Assembly: GCA_023137195.1 (NCBI GenBank)
Contig: JAGLPV010000014.1
Coordinates: 1-32,088, forward strand
Direction of reading: 5' to 3'
DNA length: 32,088 nt
DNA from: Candidatus Aenigmatarchaeota archaeon
GTDB lineage: Archaea; EX4484-52
Position numbers and translations under genes: made by a program. Positions 19,246 through 29,212 of this stretch are shown one piece after another. Position 1 is the stretch's first letter. The number at the start of each line of letters is the position of its first letter. The notes below the pieces were generated by a model. That model made no database searches and had not been told where the DNA came from. It saw only the letters and a program-made list of their open reading frames with translations.

Positions 19246-20175
19246 TCATTTAATCAAATATTGCGCAGTGAGTTTTACTGCTTCATTACTACTATATTTT
19301 GGTCTCCAGCCATATTTTTTTAATGCAGAAATGTCCAATATCATTTTCGGGACATCTCCTTTCCAGCCACCGGAGCCACCAGTATAAGTATATTTAGGAG
19401 ATAAAGACATAACACCAGAAACGATATCTGCTATCTTTGTTGTCGTTGTCCATTCTTTTGTGCCGACATTGAATATATTTACCTTTTCTTTTGAGTTTTG
19501 GACTACGTGAATCATTGCTTCAATACAATCAGAGACATGTATGTATGATTTTGCCTGTTTGCCGTCGCCTAAAATTTCCATTTGGTTTGGGTTTTTCTTT
19601 AATTTGTTTACAAAGTCATAAATCACGCCGTGTGTTGAATTTGGTCCGACAACATTTGCAAATCTGAAAATATATGTTTTGAATGAAAACATGGATGCAT
19701 AAGCGCAAATCATCGCTTCTGATGATAGTTTTGTTGCCCCGTAAATTGATATAGGTTTTAGGGGTCCGTAATCTTCTTTTGTCGGTATTGTTTTTGCGAT
19801 TCCATAAATGGTTGAAGTGGATGAAAATATAAATTCTTTTATTTTATGTTTTTTTACCTGATTCAAAACATTGTTTGTTGCGGTCGTGTTCTGGGCAAAT
19901 ACGTTGTTGATGTTTGTTGCGCTTGTCCTGACATTCGGGTCTGCTGAAAGATGCCATACCTGTTCTGTTCCGGAGAAATAGTCGTCAAGATTGTCTTTTA
20001 ACAAATCTATTTTTTTGAAATCTACATTTGGCTGTTTTAACTCTTCTTCAATGAACTCCAGTTTTCCTGAAGATAAGTTGTCGATGACAAGGATTTCATT
20101 GTCTTTGTTTTGGGCAAGTTTCTTTACAAGATTGGAGCCGATAAATCCTGCCCCGCCGGTTATTATTATTTTCAT
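19246..20175 (-). CDS. NAD-dependent NDP-sugar epimerase/dehydratase (GalE-like)
   Basis: ITGGAGFIGS, FSSTSTIYG, YGATK, FRFANVVG, GDGKQAKSYIHV, GWKGDV. Confidence 0.93.
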   Translation of the reverse strand: MKIIITGGAGFIGSNLVKKLAQNKDNEILVIDNLSSGKLEFIEEELKQPNVDFKKIDLLKDNLDDYFSGTEQVWHLSADPNVRTSATNINNVFAQNTTATNNVLNQVKKHKIKEFIFSSTSTIYGIAKTIPTKEDYGPLKPISIYGATKLSSEAMICAYASMFSFKTYIFRFANVVGPNSTHGVIYDFVNKLKKNPNQMEILGDGKQAKSYIHVSDCIEAMIHVVQNSKEKVNIFNVGTKEWTTTTKIADIVSGVMSLSPKYTYTGGSGGWKGDVPKMILDISALKKYGWRPKYSSNEAVKLTAQYLIK

Positions 20176-20355
20176 TATATGCGAAGTGCGTATTAATTAT
20201 ATAATGCTTTGGATTGGCTCTTTAAAAAATCTTGTTGATACCATATTCAATAATTGTAGAAAGAATAACAGAGCTCACAGAGGCAGAAGAAAGGCATATT
20301 AACAGAAGGAAAATACATAGTTAAGTATATAAATTTACTTTTATATTTATACATT

Positions 20356-23300
20356 ATGTTTTTTGGAAAGATAAACAGTGTTCTTTTTCCCATCTTATTA
20401 TTTTTCTCTATTGCATATTTTGCATTTGCAATTCCATCAATTACATTTATTCCTCCTACTTTAAATGATTCTGTCACAACTCAATCAGACTGGGTTTATG
20501 TGAACATTACTTCCAGCGAATCTCTGTCTGCTGCTTTTGTGGAATGGGGTAGTTCATTAGGATTTACAAATTTTACGATGTCAAATACCAGCTTAACAAA
20601 TTTCTATAGGAACATCACAAATCTTACGGACGGGATGTATAATTATTCTATTTGGGCGCAGAATACGACAGGAGACTGGAATCAGACAGAGAGGAGATAT
20701 GTTACTGTTGATAATATTCCGCCTTATAATATATCTGCTTGCCAGGAATTAACTATAGAAAACGGAAGTTATATTCTGGTGCAGAATGTTTCGTCTTCAG
20801 GGACTTGTTTTACAATAAAGGCAAACAATATTACTTTGGATGGTGCAGGATACACCATAAACTATTCTATGTCGTCAATAGGTTATGCTGTAAACAATTC
20901 TTTAGGATATAATTTTACAGTAATAAAGAATATGGATATTGTGCAGGGCTCGACAAGTTCGTACTCTTATGCCATTTGTTTTAATATGTCTTCAAATGGG
21001 GATATTTTGGATAATACGATTGCGACATTAGGTAGTACCAGTCCCGGCGTTATATTGGATGCATCCGGTGCAAACACAATTTCTAACAATACAATTACGA
21101 CATTCGGAGAATATGGTTATGGCATTTATTTTGATTCATCTAACACAAACAATATTTCAAATAACACAATCACAACATCTAGTTCAAATAGTTATGGCAT
21201 TTATGGTGCTTCTTCTAATAATAATATACTTTCAAGCAACACAATCACAACATCTAGTTCAAATAGTTATGGCATTTATAGTGCTTCTTCTAATAATAAT
21301 ACACTTACAAGCAACACAATCACAACATCTAGTTCAAATAGTAATGGCATTTATTTGCGTTCCTATAGTAATTCAAATACACTTTCAAGCAACACAATCA
21401 CAACATCCGGTTCATTCGGCAATGGCATTTTGCTTAATATATACAGCAATTCAAATACACTTTCAAGCAACACAATCACAACATCCGGTTGGCATGGTGA
21501 TGGAATTTATACTGCTGATTCCAGTTATAATACACTTTCAAATAATACAATTACAATAGGGGGCTTAGAAAGTAAGGGCATTCATTCATATTCTTCTATT
21601 ACAAATAACATTTCAAATAACACAATCACAACATTTGGTTCATATGGTTATGGCATTTATTTTGATTCATCTAACACAAACAATATTTTATACAACACAA
21701 TCACAACATCTGGTCATAATGGCAATGGCATTCTTTTTACTTCATCCAACAACTCTATTTTTTGGAACAACACAATAAATACATCTGGTTCAAGTGGTCA
21801 TGGCATTTATTTTGATTCATCTAACACAAACAATATTTCATACAACACAATCACAACATCTAATTCAAGTAGTTCTGGTATTTATTTGGAATCCCATAGC
21901 AATTCAAATGTGCTTTCGAACAATAGGATTACAACAGCAAATTCCTATGCACATGGTATTATTTTATGGTCATCTTCATTAAACAGTATTGCTGGTGGAT
22001 CAATTGTTCTAACGACGAACACGGAGAATATGGAGTATATTTTAATGAATGCAGGAGCTACAAATAATTTTACAAATACAAACTTTACAACAACAAGAAA
22101 AATTTACTTATTAGATAATATATCTTGGTTCAATTACAACAATGAAACCAACGGGAATATCTGGCTGAAGACAAAGGCATCTGCATCTGTCGTGCTTTCA
22201 AGAACTCTCATAAATTGGTCCAACACCACAATGCAATGGAATGATACAAACTCAACAGACAGCGGGATAATTACAACATACAACATCACCGGGTTGAAAA
22301 CAAATACAACATATAATGTGTTTAATTCTTCTAAAGGAATCCAGACTAATTCCCATGTATTGGCAACTGATGCAAATGGTAATCTTCCGTCTTTTACGAT
22401 TGCGCTTAATAACAATACAGAGCTTATTGTTACTTTAGATACATTAGCACCCGAAATTACAATAAATTCTCCAGTAAATGCAAGTTCTATTGAGATAATA
22501 GATGCAACCAGCACAACATTAACAATTACAACAAATGAGGAGGCAACATGCAGATATTATACAAATTCAACATTTGATTATGTGAATGGGACAGATTTTA
22601 CTTCTACTGGTGGAACAGTGCATACACAGAGTTATGGCGGTTTATCTGACGGGCAATCATATTCCTTGTATTATAAATGCAACGATACTACAGGGAATGC
22701 AAATAATGCATCAAAGCATCATTATTTTATTGTGGAGCTTACAACATCGCCTCCTCCGGCTACATCTTCATCAAGTAGTAGTTCATCTTCCGGTGGTGGA
22801 GTACCCACCACAGAAGAAACAAAAATAGTTAGTTTGATTGAGAATGTTTTTAAGAAAATAGATTTTGATTCGTCAAAGAATTTCATAAAGGAAATACAGA
22901 TAAAGGCAAATAAGAAAAAAACAAATATGGTGATTTCAGTCAATAAATATTCTGTTAAGCCATACAAAGTTACTGTGCCAAAAATACGCAATGTATACAG
23001 ATATCTTCAGATAACACATGATGGTCTTAATAATAGTGAAATAGATGAAGTTAAGATTACTTTTGCTGTGGAAAAATCCTGGATGACAAAAAATAATGAA
23101 TCTAAAAATGATGTAATTTTATTAAGGTATAATGATGCACTCTGGGAAGATTTAGATACAGAGTATTATAATTCAGTTGATAATTATTCTTATTTTACGG
23201 CAAAATCGGAAGGAATGAGTTATTTTTCTATTGGAACAAAAACAAAAGAGGACAATAATAATTCCGGTGTTTCTGAGGTAGATAACAATAGTGAATTGTT

Positions 23301-24003
23301 GGGAGAAAACGTATCTTCGTATGATTATGTAGATGATGAAAAGTTGTTATCTGAAATAAATGATATGATTGAAGAAATGAAGTTGGCACTATCTGAAGCG
23401 GAAAAGACAAAAAATATTACTTATGTTCAACAGAAATTTCAAGAGGGAATTCGATTATATGAAGAAGGACAGTATGACGAGGCAAGAGTGTTGATACTGG
23501 AAGCAAAATCTTTGCTTGATTCTGCACCGCTTAAAACTGTTCGTAGAGGAATAATATACTACGGGATTATGTTATTTATGTTGCTAATTGGTATGGTTGG
23601 CATAGGGGGAATCATATATATGAATAAAGACAAGTTGTTGGAATTATTCAATAAGAAGGAAAGATATGTTGCAGAGCAAAGCGAAAGGAAGGAAGAGCTA
23701 AATAATGTTGCGGATATTGTGAAAGTAAAAGAACACCCTCTTGCTACAGAAACCATCGGGAGGAGAGCAAACCAGAAATATATTGTGCTGTTAAATGAAA
23801 AAATGAATGGACTTATAGAAAGGGTAGGATTATTAAAAAGAGACAATAAAACTACATTGGGTCTAAAAGAAAATATGGTTAGTGTAGTGGAGGAAGTAGA
23901 GTTGGCCAAATTTCTTGTCAGGAATAATTCGGATGAAGCTCTTGCGCAAATAAAAAAGGCAAATGCTCTTATTAATCAGATTTCTGAAAATTTGATGGAT
24001 TGA
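20356..24003 (+). CDS. Large secreted surface (glyco)protein: Ig-like domains, parallel beta-helix repeats, PGF-pre-PGF domain, TM anchor and cytoplasmic tail
   Basis: Signal peptide; ITLDGAGYTI; 25-26-aa NNTITT..GIY repeats; Ser/Gly linker; VYRYLQIT..ITFAVEKSW..LLRY..FTAKSEGMSYFSI; TM GIMLFMLLIGMVGIGGIIY; many NxS/T sequons. Confidence 0.88.
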   Translation: MFFGKINSVLFPILLFFSIAYFAFAIPSITFIPPTLNDSVTTQSDWVYVNITSSESLSAAFVEWGSSLGFTNFTMSNTSLTNFYRNITNLTDGMYNYSIWAQNTTGDWNQTERRYVTVDNIPPYNISACQELTIENGSYILVQNVSSSGTCFTIKANNITLDGAGYTINYSMSSIGYAVNNSLGYNFTVIKNMDIVQGSTSSYSYAICFNMSSNGDILDNTIATLGSTSPGVILDASGANTISNNTITTFGEYGYGIYFDSSNTNNISNNTITTSSSNSYGIYGASSNNNILSSNTITTSSSNSYGIYSASSNNNTLTSNTITTSSSNSNGIYLRSYSNSNTLSSNTITTSGSFGNGILLNIYSNSNTLSSNTITTSGWHGDGIYTADSSYNTLSNNTITIGGLESKGIHSYSSITNNISNNTITTFGSYGYGIYFDSSNTNNILYNTITTSGHNGNGILFTSSNNSIFWNNTINTSGSSGHGIYFDSSNTNNISYNTITTSNSSSSGIYLESHSNSNVLSNNRITTANSYAHGIILWSSSLNSIAGGSIVLTTNTENMEYILMNAGATNNFTNTNFTTTRKIYLLDNISWFNYNNETNGNIWLKTKASASVVLSRTLINWSNTTMQWNDTNSTDSGIITTYNITGLKTNTTYNVFNSSKGIQTNSHVLATDANGNLPSFTIALNNNTELIVTLDTLAPEITINSPVNASSIEIIDATSTTLTITTNEEATCRYYTNSTFDYVNGTDFTSTGGTVHTQSYGGLSDGQSYSLYYKCNDTTGNANNASKHHYFIVELTTSPPPATSSSSSSSSSGGGVPTTEETKIVSLIENVFKKIDFDSSKNFIKEIQIKANKKKTNMVISVNKYSVKPYKVTVPKIRNVYRYLQITHDGLNNSEIDEVKITFAVEKSWMTKNNESKNDVILLRYNDALWEDLDTEYYNSVDNYSYFTAKSEGMSYFSIGTKTKEDNNNSGVSEVDNNSELLGENVSSYDYVDDEKLLSEINDMIEEMKLALSEAEKTKNITYVQQKFQEGIRLYEEGQYDEARVLILEAKSLLDSAPLKTVRRGIIYYGIMLFMLLIGMVGIGGIIYMNKDKLLELFNKKERYVAEQSERKEELNNVADIVKVKEHPLATETIGRRANQKYIVLLNEKMNGLIERVGLLKRDNKTTLGLKENMVSVVEEVELAKFLVRNNSDEALAQIKKANALINQISENLMD
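21010..21985 (+). repeat. Coding tandem repeats, 75-78-nt unit (beta-helix rungs); boundaries approximate
   Basis: Recurring AACACAATCACAACATC and TGGCATTTAT; near-identical GGCATTTATTTTGATTCATCTAACACAAACAATATTT at ~21121, ~21652 and ~21802. Confidence 0.85.
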
Positions 24004-24043
24004 TTTAAAGGGAAGTTTATATATTTTATTTGCTCTTGTAACT

Positions 24044-24562
24044 ATGTCATCAGGAAAAAATAACATTACATTTCATGAAGAACAGCAATTTAGGGAATCA
24101 TGGGTGTGGATTATCATTAGTATTCCAACACTTATCCTGTGGTATATTACTATTCAACAACTAATTTTCGGCAATCCAGTTGGTAATAATCCCGGATCAG
24201 ACACGATGATATTTGTATTCTGGGTTTTATTTGGAATACTCCTTCCACTGTTTTTTTACAGGCTTAAACTTATAACAGAAGTACGGGACGAGGGACTTTA
24301 TGTTCGTTTTGTTCCTTTTCATTTTTCTTTTGTAAAAATATCGCTGGATGATTTGAAAAAATGTTATGTTCGTACGTATGATCCTATTGGAGAGTATGGT
24401 GGATGGGGCATACGGTGCGGATTGTTTGGACATGGCAAAGCATATAATGTAAGTGGCGATGAGGGAGTGCAGTTGGAATATAATGGTGGGAAAAGATTAT
24501 TGATTGGGTCGCAGAAAGCACAGCAACTTAAAAGTGCGATTGATTTGTGTGAGGGAAAGTAG
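24044..24562 (+). CDS. Membrane protein, DUF6141-like (two TM helices plus PH-like domain)
   Basis: FHEEQQFR, two TMs, LKLITEVR..GLYVRFVPF, EYGGWGIR, AYNVSG..GVQL, LLIGSQK. Confidence 0.75.
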   Translation: MSSGKNNITFHEEQQFRESWVWIIISIPTLILWYITIQQLIFGNPVGNNPGSDTMIFVFWVLFGILLPLFFYRLKLITEVRDEGLYVRFVPFHFSFVKISLDDLKKCYVRTYDPIGEYGGWGIRCGLFGHGKAYNVSGDEGVQLEYNGGKRLLIGSQKAQQLKSAIDLCEGK

Positions 24563-24573
24563 TTTTTGGAAGT

Positions 24574-25596
24574 TCAATTACAGGTGCTGATTGTCTTGTT
24601 TTTTTTATTTATGATGAAGTTAACATCTATAAATTTTTTTACGACCCATATATTGGTTTCGGTGTGCTTTGTTATTTGTGATGTTTGAATGGTTCCTCCT
24701 CTAATTGCAAGAAACGGTATTAGTTGGTCGCATAAGTGCTTGTCGACGCAGGCTTTTGTCTTGTATTCTTCAATCATTTCAAGAGCGGCTTCTTTGCCGA
24801 CGGATTCAGCTTTTTTGCCTATGTCTCCGATGGATGAGGTTCCGAGAAACATGTCGTTATTTGTCCATAAGGTAATTCCTGTGCCTGTTGAAAAGGAATC
24901 TTTGTATGTGCTTTCAATGGATATACTTCCAAAAAGATTTGAGTTTTGGAGTATGTTTTTCGCAGATTCTGTCTGTCTTGATGCTACCGCTTTATTTTCA
25001 AGGTTTGAAGATGCAATGCTTAAGCCCAGAATATTCTCTTTTTCCTTGAAGGAAGTAAATATGGCTTTTTGTGGTTTAGGGGGTTGTATTTGTAGGCATA
25101 CCAGACTGCATCCTTTCGGGTAAAAGCCATGGCGCAATATGTTAATATTTATATTGTATCCTAATTTAGATATTGCTTTGGTAAAAGTAGTTTGGATGTA
25201 AGTGAGTGGCGGAGCCCACTTTCCGAAAGTAGCTCCTCCTTTAATTTCAATCTCTATTTTTTTGTCAATTTTGGAAGTGGCTATTATGAGCGTTTGTAGA
25301 ACCAGACCTACAGATCCCGCGGTCGGTATATTTACTTTGATATTCTTTGCGTTCCAATGTCTGCCGGGGGAGAACTCTATTGTTTTAGATCCTGTGAAAA
25401 TGCCTTTGGTCTTTGCCGAACACAGGTCTGCGACTGCGTTTATTGCAGAGACATGCTGGAATGAAAGCCCCGGGTTTGACCTTTTGGCGCGGATGTTTTC
25501 AATTTTTATGTCTTTTTCCATGAGTGCGGAAAGGGCGACAGCTGTCCGGACAATCTGTCCTCCGCCTTCATGATATGAACCGTCAATTACAATCAT
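24574..25596 (-). CDS. rtcA: RNA 3'-terminal phosphate cyclase
   Basis: IDGSYHEGGGQIVRTA, IRAKRSNPGL..QH, TAGSVGLVLQ, RHGFYPKG, VDKHLCDQL, TKHTETNIWV. Confidence 0.95.
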   Translation of the reverse strand: MIVIDGSYHEGGGQIVRTAVALSALMEKDIKIENIRAKRSNPGLSFQHVSAINAVADLCSAKTKGIFTGSKTIEFSPGRHWNAKNIKVNIPTAGSVGLVLQTLIIATSKIDKKIEIEIKGGATFGKWAPPLTYIQTTFTKAISKLGYNININILRHGFYPKGCSLVCLQIQPPKPQKAIFTSFKEKENILGLSIASSNLENKAVASRQTESAKNILQNSNLFGSISIESTYKDSFSTGTGITLWTNNDMFLGTSSIGDIGKKAESVGKEAALEMIEEYKTKACVDKHLCDQLIPFLAIRGGTIQTSQITKHTETNIWVVKKFIDVNFIINKKNKTISTCN

Positions 25597-25633
25597 ATAT
25601 AGATAGGTGATTCGTAAATAAAAAACTTGTTAT

Positions 25634-26347
25634 TTAAGGGGTTACAGGCACAGTATATTTTGGATCCAGTTCATGCGCTTTTTCAAGGGCGTTTTTTGCA
25701 TCTGCAAATCTTTTTAATTTAACAAGGGCAATGCCCATGTTATTCCATGCGTGTGCGTATTCGGGGTTCAACTCAATAGACTTGTTAAATGCTTCAATTG
25801 CTTCTTCATGCCTTTGCAGATTTCCAAGAGCGATGCCTTTGTTGTTCCATGCATTTGCATATCCCGGGCTTAGTTCTATGGTTTTTTTGAATGCAGAGAC
25901 TGCTTCTTCATGCCTTTGCAGATTTCCAAGAGCGATGCCTTTGTTGTTCCATGCATTTGCATAAGCTGGGTTTAATATGGTTGCTTTGTCAAATACTTCA
26001 ACTGCTTCTTCGCTATTTCCATTGTTTCCAAAATCAATGCCTTTTTTGTTTAATTCTATCGCTTCCTGGAGGGATAGTTCGACGATGTATTCTCCCGGGC
26101 TTTTTCCATATAAATCTAATATTAGAACTTTTTCGTTATTTTGCCAAATGTCTTTGTAATAAGAATATCGTTCTATGTCTGAAGATTCTAAAGGCGTTTG
26201 AGTCACTTCAACTATTTCCATACTGCTGTCCCCAGTATTATAATCCTCGTTTGCCTGTGGATCAGGAGAGCTAAAATAAAGACCATATATGGAAAAACAC
26301 AATACTGCGATAAATGCAATGGCTAAAATGATTTTTAGGGGGTTCAT
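25634..26347 (-). CDS. Membrane-anchored TPR protein
   Basis: N-terminal TM; 34-aa repeats AWNNKGIALGNLQRHEEA; 63 bp identical at 25799-25861 and 25901-25963. Confidence 0.9.
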   Translation of the reverse strand: MNPLKIILAIAFIAVLCFSIYGLYFSSPDPQANEDYNTGDSSMEIVEVTQTPLESSDIERYSYYKDIWQNNEKVLILDLYGKSPGEYIVELSLQEAIELNKKGIDFGNNGNSEEAVEVFDKATILNPAYANAWNNKGIALGNLQRHEEAVSAFKKTIELSPGYANAWNNKGIALGNLQRHEEAIEAFNKSIELNPEYAHAWNNMGIALVKLKRFADAKNALEKAHELDPKYTVPVTP

Positions 26348-26409
26348 AATACTAATAATTATGAATCTTTTTTTTAAATATTGTGTTCATGGTTTTTACA
26401 CTAGACATC

Positions 26410-27324
26410 TTAGTTTTCTTCGGCAATAGAATAGGCAATGGAATATTGACATTCTTCTCTTTTATTTACATTCTCTATATTTTCACAAATCAGGATATCT
26501 TCCTTTATTTTAGCGATAGATAAATAACAACGATCTTTTCTTTCCCCATTGATGATGGTTTCGCAAATAGTTTGGTCTTCTTTTGCTTTAGCAATAGAAT
26601 ATTGACAATCCTCTCTTTTAGTTGTATCTGTAACAGTTTCGCAAATAAGGACATCTTCTTTTAATTGGGCGACTGAAGAATAGCACCTGTCTTTCTTCTC
26701 TCCATTGGAGATGGTTTTGCAGACGGAGAGGTCTTCTTTTGATTTGGCGATAGAATAAAGACAATTATCTATTTCCTTGGAATCTGTAATATTCTTACAG
26801 GAGGAGACATCTTCTGTTGCCTGGGCAACATAATAATAACAATTGTTTCTTTCCTCTATATAATCAATATGTCTGCAAATAGAGGCATCTTCTTTTCTTA
26901 GGGCGACATAAGCATAACAAAGGTCTTTTTTGCCTGCATCTGTGATATTTTCACAGGCAGACATATCTTTTTTTGCGCCGGCAACATGAATGGGGCAAAG
27001 CTCTTTCTTGCCTGTGTCCTTGATATTTTCACATAGAGAAAAATCCTTTTTTGCTTCAGCAAAATAATAATAACAATCATCTCTTTCATCTGCATCAGCG
27101 ACATTTTCACAGGAATTCACTTCTTTTGTATCGGGAATAGTATCTTCACTACTTTCGTCTGCCGTGACATCTCCACTCGTGTCAGTATCAGCTTCTGCAA
27201 TATCGCCGGAAGGCAGCCCCGGAGTATCTATTATTTTACTTTCAACACTATTATTATCTGCAACACATCCGCTTATTAAAACAACAGACAAAAGCAATAA
27301 GATTAAGAAGTTCTTTCTATCCAT
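26410..27324 (-). CDS. Lipoprotein with nine 26-aa Cys-pair repeats
   Basis: Lipobox-like LISGC; acidic linker; repeats C-x11-C (C.nI.D...KD.CY..iA..KeD...) from aa 72 to the end. Confidence 0.85.
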   Translation of the reverse strand: MDRKNFLILLLLSVVLISGCVADNNSVESKIIDTPGLPSGDIAEADTDTSGDVTADESSEDTIPDTKEVNSCENVADADERDDCYYYFAEAKKDFSLCENIKDTGKKELCPIHVAGAKKDMSACENITDAGKKDLCYAYVALRKEDASICRHIDYIEERNNCYYYVAQATEDVSSCKNITDSKEIDNCLYSIAKSKEDLSVCKTISNGEKKDRCYSSVAQLKEDVLICETVTDTTKREDCQYSIAKAKEDQTICETIINGERKDRCYLSIAKIKEDILICENIENVNKREECQYSIAYSIAEEN

Positions 27325-27467
27325 ATTATTTTTTAATACAATAATATGAGTCTTAATTATATATAGTTTTACCTATAGTTTCATTGGAGTCTTTTTTAGT
27401 TTATTTTATTTCCTGTACAATAAAATATATAAAAGAAATAATTAATATAATAGAAGGATAATTAACT

Positions 27468-29171
27468 ATGGAAAGATTCGCAGAAAAAATTATAAAAAAA
27501 GAGAAACGCAATATTGCATATTTTAGCATGGAAATCGGGCTGGATTCTAAAATTCCAACTTATAGTGGAGGGCTGGGAATTCTTGCAGGAGACACGATAA
27601 GGAGCTGTGCTGACCTTCATATCCCTATTGTTGCGACAACATTATTGTACAGGAAGGGTTATTTTACACAAAAGCTTGACCATCATGGCAATCAAACAGA
27701 AAGTGATGTGCATTGGAAACCGGAACTTTTTCTAAAAAAAACAGGTAAAAAAGTTATTGTTGATATAGAAGACAGGAAAGTTGCAGTTACTGCATGGCAA
27801 TACAATGTGGTGGGTGTTGCCGGCTACAAGATACCTGTCATATTTTTGGACACAAATCTCAAAGAAAATAATTCTCATGACAGGAATATAACCAACTGGC
27901 TATATGGTGGTGATCAAAAATACAGGCTTTGCCAGGAGATAGTTCTTGGAGTTGGAGGAGTCAGGATTCTTGAAGAGTTGGGCTATAACCGGATAAAAAA
28001 ATATCACATGAATGAAGGGCATTCCAGTCTGCTTATACTTGAATTATTAAGACGCCAAAAGAAGAGCGAAAAAAAACTGACAAAAAAACATTATGATTTG
28101 GTAAGGTCAAAATGCATATTTACGACACATACTCCTGTCCCGGCAGGACATGACCAGTTTCCGATAGATATGATAAAAAATGCACTCAAAACTACATTCC
28201 CTCCTGAAGAGATGGATAAAATGAACTATCACGGAAATCTGAATTTAACGCACCTTGCACTAGACAATAGCCAATATATAAACGGCGTTGCAAAAAAACA
28301 CGGTGAAGTCTCAAGAAAGATGTTTCCCGGGCATCTTATCGATTCTATAACAAATGGCGTTCATTCTACTATGTGGACATCAAAATATTTTAAGGAGGTC
28401 TATGATAAATATATTCCGGGCTGGCAAAAAGATTCTTTTTCTTTAAGATATGCTCTTGGCATACCGGATTATGAAGTATGGAATGCCCATAAAAAGGCAA
28501 AAAAAGATTTGATGGATTATATAAATGCCGGGCATCCGAATGCAGATTTGAAAACCCATGTGTTTACGATAGGGTTTGCAAGAAGAAGTGCTACATACAA
28601 GAGAGGGGCTCTTCTTTTTTCTGACATAAACCGATTGCTTGAAATTGCAAAAAAGAAAGGAGAAATACAGATAATCTATGCGGGAAAAGCACATCCTCGT
28701 GACGGTCAGGGAAAGGATATAATTAAATTTATTTTTTCAAAGATGAAAGAGCTGAAAGGAAAAATAAGCGTGGTGTATATTGAAAACTATGGTATAGAAG
28801 TTGCAAAGAAAATGGTTTCCGGGGTGGATTTATGGCTCAACACACCTCAAAAACCACTTGAAGCTTCAGGGACTTCCGGGATGAAGGCATGTCATAACGG
28901 GATTCCTAATTTGAGTGTTCTTGACGGATGGTGGATTGAAGGGCATATTGAAAGCAAGACAGGGTGGTCTATTGGAGGTAAAATGGAAAGTTCCAACGAG
29001 GAAGATGCAAGAGATTTGTATTACAAGCTTGATGAAAAAATAGTGCCTAAATATTATAATAATCGAGAGCAGTGGATTAATATAATGAAGCATTCTATTG
29101 CTTACAATGCGTCTTTTTTTAACACGCACAGGATGATGCATCAGTATGTGCTGAATGCTTATTTTCGGTGA
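27468..29171 (+). CDS. glgP: Alpha-glucan (glycogen/maltodextrin) phosphorylase, short form
   Basis: AYFSMEIG, YSGGLGILAGD, HMNEGH, FTTHTPVPAGHD, ITNGVH, GFARR..YKR, AGKAHP, PLP motif EASGTSGMKA. Confidence 0.96.
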   Translation: MERFAEKIIKKEKRNIAYFSMEIGLDSKIPTYSGGLGILAGDTIRSCADLHIPIVATTLLYRKGYFTQKLDHHGNQTESDVHWKPELFLKKTGKKVIVDIEDRKVAVTAWQYNVVGVAGYKIPVIFLDTNLKENNSHDRNITNWLYGGDQKYRLCQEIVLGVGGVRILEELGYNRIKKYHMNEGHSSLLILELLRRQKKSEKKLTKKHYDLVRSKCIFTTHTPVPAGHDQFPIDMIKNALKTTFPPEEMDKMNYHGNLNLTHLALDNSQYINGVAKKHGEVSRKMFPGHLIDSITNGVHSTMWTSKYFKEVYDKYIPGWQKDSFSLRYALGIPDYEVWNAHKKAKKDLMDYINAGHPNADLKTHVFTIGFARRSATYKRGALLFSDINRLLEIAKKKGEIQIIYAGKAHPRDGQGKDIIKFIFSKMKELKGKISVVYIENYGIEVAKKMVSGVDLWLNTPQKPLEASGTSGMKACHNGIPNLSVLDGWWIEGHIESKTGWSIGGKMESSNEEDARDLYYKLDEKIVPKYYNNREQWINIMKHSIAYNASFFNTHRMMHQYVLNAYFR

Positions 29172-29212
29172 GAGTTTTTGACAAGAGATTATCAATTCTC
29201 TTTAAATACGAT

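Noticed and set aside
21010-21985. CRISPR-like periodicity
   Set aside because: Units are in-frame multiples of 3 inside a long ORF, with no unique spacers and no cas genes; these are beta-helix coding repeats.
25799-25963. Diversity-generating retroelement TR/VR pair
   Set aside because: The copies are identical, in-frame TPR units with no adenine-specific mismatches, and there is no reverse transcriptase in the window.
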